Below are positions 45,762-54,349 of a stretch of 64,000 nt of DNA, in pieces. Location of the stretch: positions 32,001 through 96,000 of the IMG/VR virus record IMGVR_UViG_3300045738_002140. One strand, given 5' to 3'. Numbering within the stretch: the stretch's first letter is position 1; the number at the start of each line of letters is the position of its first letter. This DNA comes from a virus. A model generated the notes under the pieces. That model searched no databases. It had not been told where the DNA came from and saw nothing but the letters and a program-made list of their open reading frames with translations. A program made the translations under genes and the position numbers.

Positions 45762-48168
45762 AAAAAAGAACGAGCTGATAAGGAGATGGCATAAAGAACA
45801 ATGCAGACATGTAGACTCTTTAATTCACAGCATTACGGAGATCCTGCCCAAGAAAGACTCCTATAATATAATAGATATTGGCAGCAACACAGGGAGATTT
45901 TTTGTAAACCTTTCAAAAAAAATAAAGATAAACAAAGGTATCCTAATAGAACCATCAGTTGACCTATACCGCTTTTCTAAAAGAAACCTATACAAAAACA
46001 AAAAAGTTAAAATATATAACTACGGACTAGCCTCAAAAACAAAGAGCGTTAACTTTTATAGCGCACTTAGCTCAAACAAAAAGGTAGACGAATCAGACCT
46101 TAACCTTGGCCTAGACAAAGTTGTCGGACACGGGGGAGAGGAAGTCACATTTTATAGCCTTGACGACCTAGTCGCAGACAAGAGGATCGACCTCAAAGGG
46201 CTAGGCGAGGTTGATTTAATTAAAATAGACTGCGAAGGATACGACTACGAAGTGCTTGAAGGTATGTTGGTTTTTCTGTCGTCGCTTAAGCTCAAACCAG
46301 TGATAGTCTTTGAATCAGCCCAAGGAAAACTTGGCGCAGACTTTTCAAATAACGAAAGCCTCATCAGCAAATATAACGAGGCAGGCTTTTACTGCGAGGA
46401 GCTTTACAAGGGTAGCTCAGACATGTTCTTTGCCCCATCAGGACTAACAAACAAAGATGACTATCCCTCCGACACAGAAAGCATAACCGTTGTCACGGGA
46501 ATATGGAACCTAAGAAGAGACAAGGCAGGGAAGGGCTTTAAGAGATCGTTCGACTACTACACAGAAAATTTCATTAAACTATTGAAGACCGATGTCCCTA
46601 TGTATATATACATAGAAAAAGAATACGAGAAGTTAGTTTGGGAACATCGATCAAAAACAAATACCCACGTCCACATAAAAGAGTCAGCCGAGTTCAAGGA
46701 CTTCCCCTTTTTCAAGGACGTTCAAAAAATAAGAAAAAGAAAAAGGTGGAAGGGCCAAGCTAGCTGGCTAGCCGAGAGCACACAGGCGACGATGGAGCTC
46801 TACAACCCCATGGTAATGAGCAAGATGTTCATGCTCCATGACGCAAGCCTACTTGATCCATTTGGAAGTGAATACTTTCTGTGGGTTGACGGAGGCCTAA
46901 CATCGACCACGCACGAAGGATACTTCACGAAGCACGAGATCATACCTAAAATAAAACCATTCCTAGACAGTTTCTTATTCCTTTGCTTTCCATATCACAC
47001 GGAAGCAGAGATACACGGCTTCGAGAAACGAGCAATGGACACCTATTCAGAAACAAAAAGCGTAGAATGGGTGGCGAGAGGGGGGCTGTTCGGAGGAAGG
47101 AAAGAGTTCATATCCGAGGCGAATGGGCTTTATTACTCTTTACTAGAAACCTCTCTGAGAGAGGGCTTTATGGGCACAGAAGAGAGCGTCTTTACCATCA
47201 TGACGTATTTAAATCCTCAGATTTATAACAGGTTCATGATAAAAGAAGATGGGTTTATTCATACCTTTTTTGAGGACATACTAGAAGGCAAGGCTAAGAT
47301 AGAGGACCCAATTGCGACGGCCAGAAAGCAGAACAAAATAGTAGACCTAAGAAAAATAAAAGCATCTCTATATGTGATAACATTTAATTCCCCAGAACAG
47401 TTGCAACTACTTCTAAGCTCGTACGAATTACACAAAGACTTCCTGAGCTCTCCTAACCTCACAAAGGTCCTAATAGATAACTCGACAAAGAAAAAGGTAG
47501 ACAAAAAATATAAAGCAATATGTAAAAAATATGGCTTCGAGCACATAAAGAAAGGCAACATAGGCATCTGCGGCGGAAGACAGCTAGCAGCAGAACACTT
47601 TGATAAGTCAGACTCAGACTATATGTTTTTCCTAGAGGACGACATGACCCTTTACCCTCCCCAAAGCCAATTGCTGTGCGCCAACGGGCTCAAGACTTAT
47701 GTCGCTGGCCTGTACGAAAAATCCCTGAAGATAATGATTAAAGAAAACTATGACTTTATGAAGCTTTCTTTTACTGAATTTTTTGGTGACAACACGAACC
47801 AGTGGGCGTGGTATAATGTACCGCAAAACAAGAGAGAAGAGTACTGGCCAGACTACAATGAGCTGCCCATCGTTGGGCTCGATGCAAATTGTCCTAACAC
47901 AAAATTCAATAATATAAAAAGCCTAGACGGCCTACCATACGTAGACGGAGAAATTTACTACTGTAACTGGCCACAGGTGGTGAGCAAGGAAGGAAATAAA
48001 AAGATGTTCCTTGAAACAACTTGGGGCCACCCATTTGAACAGACTTGGATGTCTTACATATTCCAAAAAACTAAAGAGGGAGAAATAAAACCAGCTATAC
48101 TCCTAGCTTCACCCATCCATCACCACAGAGAGCACCATTACAGGGCAAGCGAAAGAGTGGAGTCCTAA
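45751..48168 (+). CDS. Fusion of FkbM methyltransferase, HtrL/YibB-like domain and GT2-like domain
   Basis: DIGSNTG and KIDCEGYD; ITVVTG...SK...WVDGG; VLIDNS...FLEDD. Confidence 0.8.
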   Translation: MTSKKKNELIRRWHKEQCRHVDSLIHSITEILPKKDSYNIIDIGSNTGRFFVNLSKKIKINKGILIEPSVDLYRFSKRNLYKNKKVKIYNYGLASKTKSVNFYSALSSNKKVDESDLNLGLDKVVGHGGEEVTFYSLDDLVADKRIDLKGLGEVDLIKIDCEGYDYEVLEGMLVFLSSLKLKPVIVFESAQGKLGADFSNNESLISKYNEAGFYCEELYKGSSDMFFAPSGLTNKDDYPSDTESITVVTGIWNLRRDKAGKGFKRSFDYYTENFIKLLKTDVPMYIYIEKEYEKLVWEHRSKTNTHVHIKESAEFKDFPFFKDVQKIRKRKRWKGQASWLAESTQATMELYNPMVMSKMFMLHDASLLDPFGSEYFLWVDGGLTSTTHEGYFTKHEIIPKIKPFLDSFLFLCFPYHTEAEIHGFEKRAMDTYSETKSVEWVARGGLFGGRKEFISEANGLYYSLLETSLREGFMGTEESVFTIMTYLNPQIYNRFMIKEDGFIHTFFEDILEGKAKIEDPIATARKQNKIVDLRKIKASLYVITFNSPEQLQLLLSSYELHKDFLSSPNLTKVLIDNSTKKKVDKKYKAICKKYGFEHIKKGNIGICGGRQLAAEHFDKSDSDYMFFLEDDMTLYPPQSQLLCANGLKTYVAGLYEKSLKIMIKENYDFMKLSFTEFFGDNTNQWAWYNVPQNKREEYWPDYNELPIVGLDANCPNTKFNNIKSLDGLPYVDGEIYYCNWPQVVSKEGNKKMFLETTWGHPFEQTWMSYIFQKTKEGEIKPAILLASPIHHHREHHYRASERVES

Positions 48169-48491
48169 TAATCCCTTAAGCCTTTTAGTTGGCCCAATAT
48201 CAATGGCGTATTTTCGCACCTTATGTATTTTGTTTGAATTGTCCTTGGAAAATCTAGTTCAGTATCGATCCTTACGCCATCTATTCTCCATTCAGGAAGA
48301 ACAAAGTCTTCAATGAAGTCAAACCACCCTCTTTTTTTAAGAAATTTATAGTAAATATCTATCTCTTCTTTTTTTGCTTCTATGACGACAGAGTAATCGA
48401 GATCCTCTTTAGCTATCATAGTTACGTGCCTAAAGTACAGCCCCTCCGATGGAGGGTCTGACGTAAGTCCCGATGAGATGATTAAATTCAT
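48165..48491 (-). CDS. Hypothetical protein
   Basis: Likely start MNLIIS at 48491, divergent from the 48520 gene. Confidence 0.65.
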   Translation of the reverse strand: MNLIISSGLTSDPPSEGLYFRHVTMIAKEDLDYSVVIEAKKEEIDIYYKFLKKRGWFDFIEDFVLPEWRIDGVRIDTELDFPRTIQTKYIRCENTPLILGQLKGLRDY

Positions 48492-48498
48492 AATTATA

Positions 48499-48517
48499 TT
48501 TACACTTAAGGTGTAAT
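48499..48517. promoter_or_regulatory. Back-to-back GTGTAA motifs between divergent genes
   Basis: TTTACAC-TTAAG-GTGTAAT in a 28-bp intergenic gap. Confidence 0.6.
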
Positions 48518-48519
48518 TT

Positions 48520-48768
48520 ATGGCGACACAACGAGTCATGCTTTATCTAGGGTATCACATAGAAATCAAGAGCAAAGACTATTCAATGACCCCATTTGCT
48601 AAAGCGCATTGGGCTTCTAAAATAATTACTATTTACGACCCCAAAAAACAAATAAATGAAGCCTTTTGTACAATGATGATACAGTATCTATATGACGAGG
48701 GGTTTATAGAGGACAGAAGAACTGACGTAGAAATCGTAGACAGCGGCTGGGATATCAGACAGGAGTAA
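48520..48768 (+). CDS. Hypothetical protein
   Basis: ORF; IQYLYDEGFI. Confidence 0.65.
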   Translation: MATQRVMLYLGYHIEIKSKDYSMTPFAKAHWASKIITIYDPKKQINEAFCTMMIQYLYDEGFIEDRRTDVEIVDSGWDIRQE

Positions 48769-48778
48769 AGACAAGTAA

Positions 48779-48913
48779 GTGAAAAAAATACCGTGGCACT
48801 TAGAGCTGTGGATAAGATGTTTCTTTAGATGTATCTTCAGATTCAAGTGGAACGTACTGCCTTGGATAGTCAAAAATATTGTCAGAAATATAAAAGAATT
48901 ATTAAAAAAATGA
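48779..48913 (+). CDS. Possible cationic amphipathic peptide (44 aa)
   Basis: Manual translation from a GTG start; fills the intergenic gap. Confidence 0.4.
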   Translation: MKKIPWHLELWIRCFFRCIFRFKWNVLPWIVKNIVRNIKELLKK

Positions 48914-48986
48914 TTTTTGAACCGCGACGAAAATAAAACTCAGGGTGGACGATATATTCGTGTAAATATTCAAAGGAATAAGGAAA

Positions 48987-49631
48987 ATGATCTCGCACGA
49001 ACATAAAGCCATATTGATACACATCCCCAAAACAGGAGGGTCATCATTCGAAAGGCTCCTGTGTGGCCAAGTTTTTGACCACCCGACTGTCAGTCGCATG
49101 CCTAATGCCCAAGGCTTCCAACATCTCGACGCAAGAGAAATGAAAGCAAGCTTCGGTAGAGAAATATGGGAAGAGTACTTCACATTTAGCTTCGTCAGGA
49201 ATCCTTGGGATTTGATGGTTTCTCTTTATGCCTTTCTTCTCACCGAACACTGGCCCGGCAAGTATCTTTACTATCATGACGTATTTAAAACGGGAGTCCG
49301 GGAAGGCATCCAGTCGGATGGCCCGATTAGCTTCGAAGACTTTATTGACAGGGCGCCTACGTTTAACAGATACTCAACCGCAGGGCAACTAACGTACCTT
49401 GTCGATAGAAGAGGCAAAATAGAGCTAGACTTCATAGGTCGGTTCGAGAATTACGCGGAAGATGCAGAGAAAATCCTGAAAACCCTAGGGGTTAAAGAGA
49501 AAATAGGGCACGATAAAAAGTCAGAACACAACCACTACTCCACATATTACAATGAAAGAACAAAAGACAAAATATACAAGCTCTTCAGGCGAGACATTAA
49601 ATACTTTGGATACGAATTCGAAAAAGAATAA
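48987..49631 (+). CDS. Sulfotransferase family 2
   Basis: IHIPKTGGSS (5'-PSB), FVRNPW..MVS (3'-PB), FIGRFEN. Confidence 0.9.
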   Translation: MISHEHKAILIHIPKTGGSSFERLLCGQVFDHPTVSRMPNAQGFQHLDAREMKASFGREIWEEYFTFSFVRNPWDLMVSLYAFLLTEHWPGKYLYYHDVFKTGVREGIQSDGPISFEDFIDRAPTFNRYSTAGQLTYLVDRRGKIELDFIGRFENYAEDAEKILKTLGVKEKIGHDKKSEHNHYSTYYNERTKDKIYKLFRRDIKYFGYEFEKE

Positions 49632-49791
49632 ATACAAGCATCAGAAAAAGTATTTCAGCACAGAAAAGGGCTCGAATAGCCTCGACAAAGCCAGAAAATC
49701 CTACGACAATCGAGACCCAGAGAGAAGGAGGAAGCAGAAAAGAGAATATATGAGAAGAAAACGGGCAGAGGACCCTAGTATCTGGAGGTAA
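49552..49791 (+). CDS. Small basic hypothetical protein (start uncertain)
   Basis: Arg/Lys-rich helix REYMRRKR. Confidence 0.5.
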   Translation: MKEQKTKYTSSSGETLNTLDTNSKKNKYKHQKKYFSTEKGSNSLDKARKSYDNRDPERRRKQKREYMRRKRAEDPSIWR

Positions 49792-49835
49792 TGCATACTT
49801 AGCGAAGAAAATATGTGTAAATAGAAAAGACAATT

Positions 49836-52004
49836 ATGCCTAGGAAAACGATTAAAGTAGCGGGCGGAGGGGGATACTCAAAACCCACTTACCCGAAGAA
49901 CCCCACCTCTGAAATCAAGGTCATCAAGGGTGTGAAAAAATCGGTCCCGATCAAAAGACCGTATCCCAAGACCCCCTCAGTCGTAAAGCCAATGACCAAC
50001 CTATCCAACGGCAGGAAAGTTGGAAAAGGGGCACGCATTACCACCCTAGAAAACCCAAACGCTACACAAAAGAAAGCCGGCAACATAGTTCAACAAGGAT
50101 CAGTTCCGGTGGGGACCAACGTTAATCAGGCAAATAACAGCGGGCCGAGCGGCACCAATCCCCTGCAAAAAGCGGTAAACAATACGTACATAAAAGAACC
50201 CCAAGCAACCAAAACGTCCGATCTACCCACGACTAGGAACGTAATCAAAGCAGCCAAAAAGGAAGGCACCGACGGCCGTAAAATTAAAAAGATTGCAGGA
50301 ACCTCTGGCGTGCCCGGCATCGCCTCTAAAATCCAACTGCCCGGCATAAGCGGAGGAAACACTTCGCCAGAAGGACCGCCCGGCAACAGGCTTCAACACC
50401 AAACCTTCGGCGAAACTTTAAACGTTGTTAAAACCAAAGTTACCAAAGCAGAAAACCCTGCGCTTACCCCGGGCGAGAATCAAACGACCACGGGCCAACC
50501 GGTCAACATTGGCAAGAGTGGAAAAAAGGGAGGAAACATTCCCGACATACCAAAGCAACCTAAGGGCGGCGGTCAACAAGGCGGCGGCAACCCCGGCAAA
50601 AAAGCGGCAAGGAAGCTGAAGAATAAAATAATCCCAATTGACCTTAACGACCCCAGCAAAGGCACGAAGACCATAACGATCCTAAAAAATGACCCCAAGA
50701 AAAGCAATAAAAACACCCTCAACAACCTCCCCAAGGTCGAGCCCAAGCCGAAGGCTAAAAAACCCAAGATTGAGAAGACCATGCCCGCAAAAATACTGCC
50801 TAAGCAAACAAACGGAAGACTTCTCAAGAAAGCCGTGCAGACGAACCTAAACGGAACAACAGACCCCATCAGCGAGCTGCCAGTACAAAAAGTTAAGCCA
50901 CGCCCAAAAACGAAGGTTACTCCAACAACAGAGGTGACTACGCCAGTCGTCACTATCGTGCCAAAAAAGAAACCGAAACCGAAGCTACCCCCGAAGAAAG
51001 AGCCCAAGAAACAGCCGCCACCAGAAAAGCGGCCGAAGAAGCAGATCATCATCGTCGATCCGATCGTCGATCCAATTCCACAAAAACCAACCGGCAGGAA
51101 GGTAAAGAATCCTAAAGTAATCATTGACATTGAGCCCGGCTGCGCCGTCCTTAGCGGCCCGGGAGACTCAGGTATGTGGGCGCTCCCCAGAATGATTAAT
51201 GGAAAAATGGTTCCCGGCACATCGAACTTTGGCATCCGAGTAGCAAAGGTGGTCACCTATGGTCAGGCAACGACTGCCCGGGTAACCCGTGGGGGCCCAA
51301 GAGGTCCCCAAGTAAACCCGCAAACTGTTTCCCGAATTGAGTTTCCAGAAGAGGCCTTTCTCCTTCAAGTTCAGTGGCTAGAAAGACCACCCGAAGCTGG
51401 CACCTTTGTATTCAGAAATATCCCAAGCACAGGTATACCCGCAGCCCTTAACCCAAATAATATAAACAGTGGTGGGTTTTTCATGTCTCCAAAAAAGAAC
51501 GGCGAATGGCAGATTTTTCAATCGATCACAGGACATCTTGGCGGCGGAAACATGATGACCGCGTCTGCGCAGTACGGATCCAATGGCCCCGGACTTATGC
51601 TGGGTGGCATCCAAACAAAACAGAGTCTCACAAACTCGTACGGGATCGCCAACGGGATGTCAGGAAAAGAACTTACCGAGGCCTTGGCTATGAGAAGATC
51701 GGAGCTTGTGATGATGGCTCAGATTGCACGGGCGAGCGGAATCTGGGAGGTTGGCGGTGCCATGCGGGCTTACGGACCGAAAGGCGAGAGGCTCTTGACC
51801 GGCACGCTGGCACACCACTACAAGCAAATGTCAATTAGAGGGACGATCGGCGACCCGAACTATGGCGGAGGCGCTTCAGTTGAGGTCGGCCTGAGGGCCA
51901 AGCAGGGGAGCAATATCAATTGGAATGTCAATATAGGCTATGGCGACAGCGGCGAGGGGCGGGTAACCTTCGGGATCGATCTGCTGCCTTTCTTCAATAG
52001 GTGA
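49836..52004 (+). CDS. Large Lys/Pro/Thr/Gly-rich protein with a beta-rich C-terminal domain
   Basis: 722-aa ORF; low-complexity first ~430 aa. Confidence 0.8.
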   Translation: MPRKTIKVAGGGGYSKPTYPKNPTSEIKVIKGVKKSVPIKRPYPKTPSVVKPMTNLSNGRKVGKGARITTLENPNATQKKAGNIVQQGSVPVGTNVNQANNSGPSGTNPLQKAVNNTYIKEPQATKTSDLPTTRNVIKAAKKEGTDGRKIKKIAGTSGVPGIASKIQLPGISGGNTSPEGPPGNRLQHQTFGETLNVVKTKVTKAENPALTPGENQTTTGQPVNIGKSGKKGGNIPDIPKQPKGGGQQGGGNPGKKAARKLKNKIIPIDLNDPSKGTKTITILKNDPKKSNKNTLNNLPKVEPKPKAKKPKIEKTMPAKILPKQTNGRLLKKAVQTNLNGTTDPISELPVQKVKPRPKTKVTPTTEVTTPVVTIVPKKKPKPKLPPKKEPKKQPPPEKRPKKQIIIVDPIVDPIPQKPTGRKVKNPKVIIDIEPGCAVLSGPGDSGMWALPRMINGKMVPGTSNFGIRVAKVVTYGQATTARVTRGGPRGPQVNPQTVSRIEFPEEAFLLQVQWLERPPEAGTFVFRNIPSTGIPAALNPNNINSGGFFMSPKKNGEWQIFQSITGHLGGGNMMTASAQYGSNGPGLMLGGIQTKQSLTNSYGIANGMSGKELTEALAMRRSELVMMAQIARASGIWEVGGAMRAYGPKGERLLTGTLAHHYKQMSIRGTIGDPNYGGGASVEVGLRAKQGSNINWNVNIGYGDSGEGRVTFGIDLLPFFNR

Positions 52005-52042
52005 TACCGACGAAACTACTTTTTTTTGGTGTAATTTAGTTC

Positions 52043-52351
52043 ATGAGAAAGGAGCTATCTCAAGCTATCGACAGCCTTGTTGTCCAGTCAAAATTTGAAG
52101 GAATTGACCTTACAATAAAAGAAGGACTAGGTAACGCCGCAATAATAGCCAATATATCTGCCCAAAAAGTAGCGCTTTTAGGGATAGACGACAAAAACTC
52201 CATACACGCGCTAATGATTGACATAAACAGGTGGAAATGGGCAGAAGATGAAGGCTTCACCATGGAAGACGTAGTAGAGAAGCTTTCTGACGAAATATTC
52301 ACAGAAGTACGCCTCCACAGGCTAGTATATGAGCTCAATAAAAAACAATAG
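52043..52351 (+). CDS. Hypothetical protein
   Basis: ORF preceded by GTGTAAT. Confidence 0.7.
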   Translation: MRKELSQAIDSLVVQSKFEGIDLTIKEGLGNAAIIANISAQKVALLGIDDKNSIHALMIDINRWKWAEDEGFTMEDVVEKLSDEIFTEVRLHRLVYELNKKQ

Positions 52352-52379
52352 AAATTTCCCCTGAAAATTACTATTATTT

Positions 52380-52538
52380 ATGATGATCAGAAAAAAAGAA
52401 AAATACTACCTAGTGCTTTCCAAATCAAGGAACTACAGGATGGGGGTTTATCCCTATACGGAAGAAGGGAAGAAACAGGCAGAAGAGTTCGTAAAAAAGA
52501 ACAAGAAAACAGAAGAGCTCTATATAGTTGAGAAGTAA
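52380..52538 (+). CDS. Small hypothetical protein (52 aa)
   Basis: Manual translation MMIRKKEKYYLVLSK...; promoter-like sequence upstream. Confidence 0.6.
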   Translation: MMIRKKEKYYLVLSKSRNYRMGVYPYTEEGKKQAEEFVKKNKKTEELYIVEK

Positions 52539-52552
52539 TGTCACACCTTCAC

Positions 52553-52633
52553 TGTGTCATTTTGTCACACAAACTATAAAATATACCACCTTCTCTTGTC
52601 TTAATTCAAAAACAAGCTGGCACGCTACCTGCT
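52553..52633 (+). promoter_or_regulatory. Sigma54-type promoter with upstream palindrome
   Basis: TGGCACG-N4-CTGCT (52618-52633; GG-N10-GC); imperfect palindrome TGTGTCA-TTT-TGTCACA at 52553-52569. Confidence 0.7.
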
Positions 52634-52647
52634 GAATAGGATGTATT

Positions 52648-52971
52648 ATGAATACATCACTATATACCAATAGGTTATTTAACGACCTATTCGATACCCT
52701 TAGCTTGGATTCCAGAATCCACCCATCAGAGGAGGCTTACGAGTTTAATGTCAATTTGGCTGGCTTTAAAAAAGAAAACGTAAAAGTTAAAGCCGAAGAC
52801 GGACTACTCCACATCAGCGTAGAGCAGGGTGACAGGAGCTACTCCAGATATTTCACAGTCCCAGACAAGGCAGACCCTACAGCCACGGTAATAAAATACG
52901 AAGAAGGTTTATTGCACGTCAAATTTATTAAAAATGAAAAAGAAAAAGGGGTGAATATAGCAGTAAATTAA
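52648..52971 (+). CDS. Small heat shock protein (Hsp20/alpha-crystallin)
   Basis: LAGFKKENVKV...LHIS...YSRYFTVP...YEEGLLHV. Confidence 0.9.
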   Translation: MNTSLYTNRLFNDLFDTLSLDSRIHPSEEAYEFNVNLAGFKKENVKVKAEDGLLHISVEQGDRSYSRYFTVPDKADPTATVIKYEEGLLHVKFIKNEKEKGVNIAVN

Positions 52972-53007
52972 AGTTGAAAAACAAAAACCAACCCATATCA
53001 TTATAGT

Positions 53008-53149
53008 ACATACCAAAAGAACGCTTGTTTGGAAAGTGAGCGCACCTAGAGACTGGGTAAAAAGAGCGTTGTTTTTACCCGGCTCTCTTCTCCAAACAAA
53101 TCTAGGTACTACTAAGCCGGCCTTTGATCTGAGGGCCGGTTTTTTTTTT
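53008..53149 (+). ncRNA. Candidate small pseudoknotted RNA
   Basis: Promoter-like TTGAAA-16-TATCAT upstream; multiple helices; ends in a terminator. Confidence 0.55.
53117..53149 (+). terminator. Intrinsic terminator
   Basis: CCGGCCTTT/GAGGGCCGG stem plus T10. Confidence 0.88.
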
Positions 53150-53254
53150 GAAAAACTGAATTTTAAACCGAAGGGGCTTTTTTTGCTTGGGTGGACGATA
53201 TATATTGTTTTTTTTGATTTAGTGTGACTTTTAGTCTAAAATAATTAGACAAAA

Positions 53255-54349
53255 ATGGAAAGAGAAGACGAAATAAGAAAAGCCGTTAATTCCTTTGGCC
53301 AAGACGATACGACGTACAAAATACCTTCTAATAAAAAAGGTAAAATAAACCTTGGGACACAGGTGACCTTCTCCACGCACAGAAGCGGATGGGCTTACGC
53401 TATGAGAGCCCTCAAGCCCATCCACAACAAGAAAGGGGTCTATTTTCACGGTTTTCTTGAAGATGTTTTTTGTTGGAGAAAGAACTCGTACGAAGAGGGA
53501 GGACTTCTGCCATTCAAGCATAAATGGTGCGGTTTTTTACATAACCCCGCCTCTGAACCTAATCGCCATCCAAATTGGTTTTGGGATATGTACTCTGGCC
53601 GAGAAATAATTAAATCAGACGCTTTTAAATACAGTTTGGATAACTGCATAGGGCTATGGACGCTCTCAGAAAGTCATGCCGAGTTCTTGAGGAAAGAAAC
53701 AGGGAAAACCATATCTTCACTGATTCACCCTTCGGAGATACCAGAAGTGCAGTTTGACTTCAACAAATTTAAAGAAAATAAATCAAAAAGAATAATAAAC
53801 ATTGGATATTGGCTTAGAAAAATAAACTCTATTGACATTTTGCCGGTTCATGTAGATAAGTACATCAAGACAAGGGTATTACCATTCCACAAAGATAGTG
53901 TAGCTTATGGACATTTTCTTACGTTAAAAAAACTTGAGTTCAAACATGAGCATTGGTTACGCTCAGCGTGGGGAAAGTACAATAACGAATCATACAACAG
54001 AGTAGACGAACTGAACAGAATCCCTGACGAAGATTACGACAATCTTTTTGTTGACAATATAGCTTTCTTAGACATGTACGACTCTAGCGCAAACAATGCG
54101 GTGATAGAGTGCATAGCTCGTTGTACGCCGCTATTAGTTAACCGGATTCCTTCCATAGTGGAGTATCTTGGGGTAAATTATCCGTTTTATTTTGAATCTT
54201 TAGAAGAGGCCGCAGAAAAGGCAATGGACGAGAACTTAATAAAAGTTACAAGCGAGCACATGAGGCACAACGTAAAAACGAGAAAGAAGCTCACACCAGA
54301 AGCCTTTCTCAAAGATTTTGTAAATAGCGAGGTATACAAAAAAATATGA
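53255..54349 (+). CDS. Putative GT-B-fold glycosyltransferase-like protein
   Basis: IGYWLRK; DSSANNAVIECIARCTPLLVN..P...EYLG. Confidence 0.55.
   Translation: MEREDEIRKAVNSFGQDDTTYKIPSNKKGKINLGTQVTFSTHRSGWAYAMRALKPIHNKKGVYFHGFLEDVFCWRKNSYEEGGLLPFKHKWCGFLHNPASEPNRHPNWFWDMYSGREIIKSDAFKYSLDNCIGLWTLSESHAEFLRKETGKTISSLIHPSEIPEVQFDFNKFKENKSKRIINIGYWLRKINSIDILPVHVDKYIKTRVLPFHKDSVAYGHFLTLKKLEFKHEHWLRSAWGKYNNESYNRVDELNRIPDEDYDNLFVDNIAFLDMYDSSANNAVIECIARCTPLLVNRIPSIVEYLGVNYPFYFESLEEAAEKAMDENLIKVTSEHMRHNVKTRKKLTPEAFLKDFVNSEVYKKI

Noticed and set aside
50573-51256. 227-aa Phe/Gly-rich antisense ORF
   Set aside because: Mirror of the Lys/Pro codons of the 722-aa gene.
53036-53227. 63-aa ORF
   Set aside because: It runs through a strong terminator and a T10 tract; the sequence is better explained by RNA structure.
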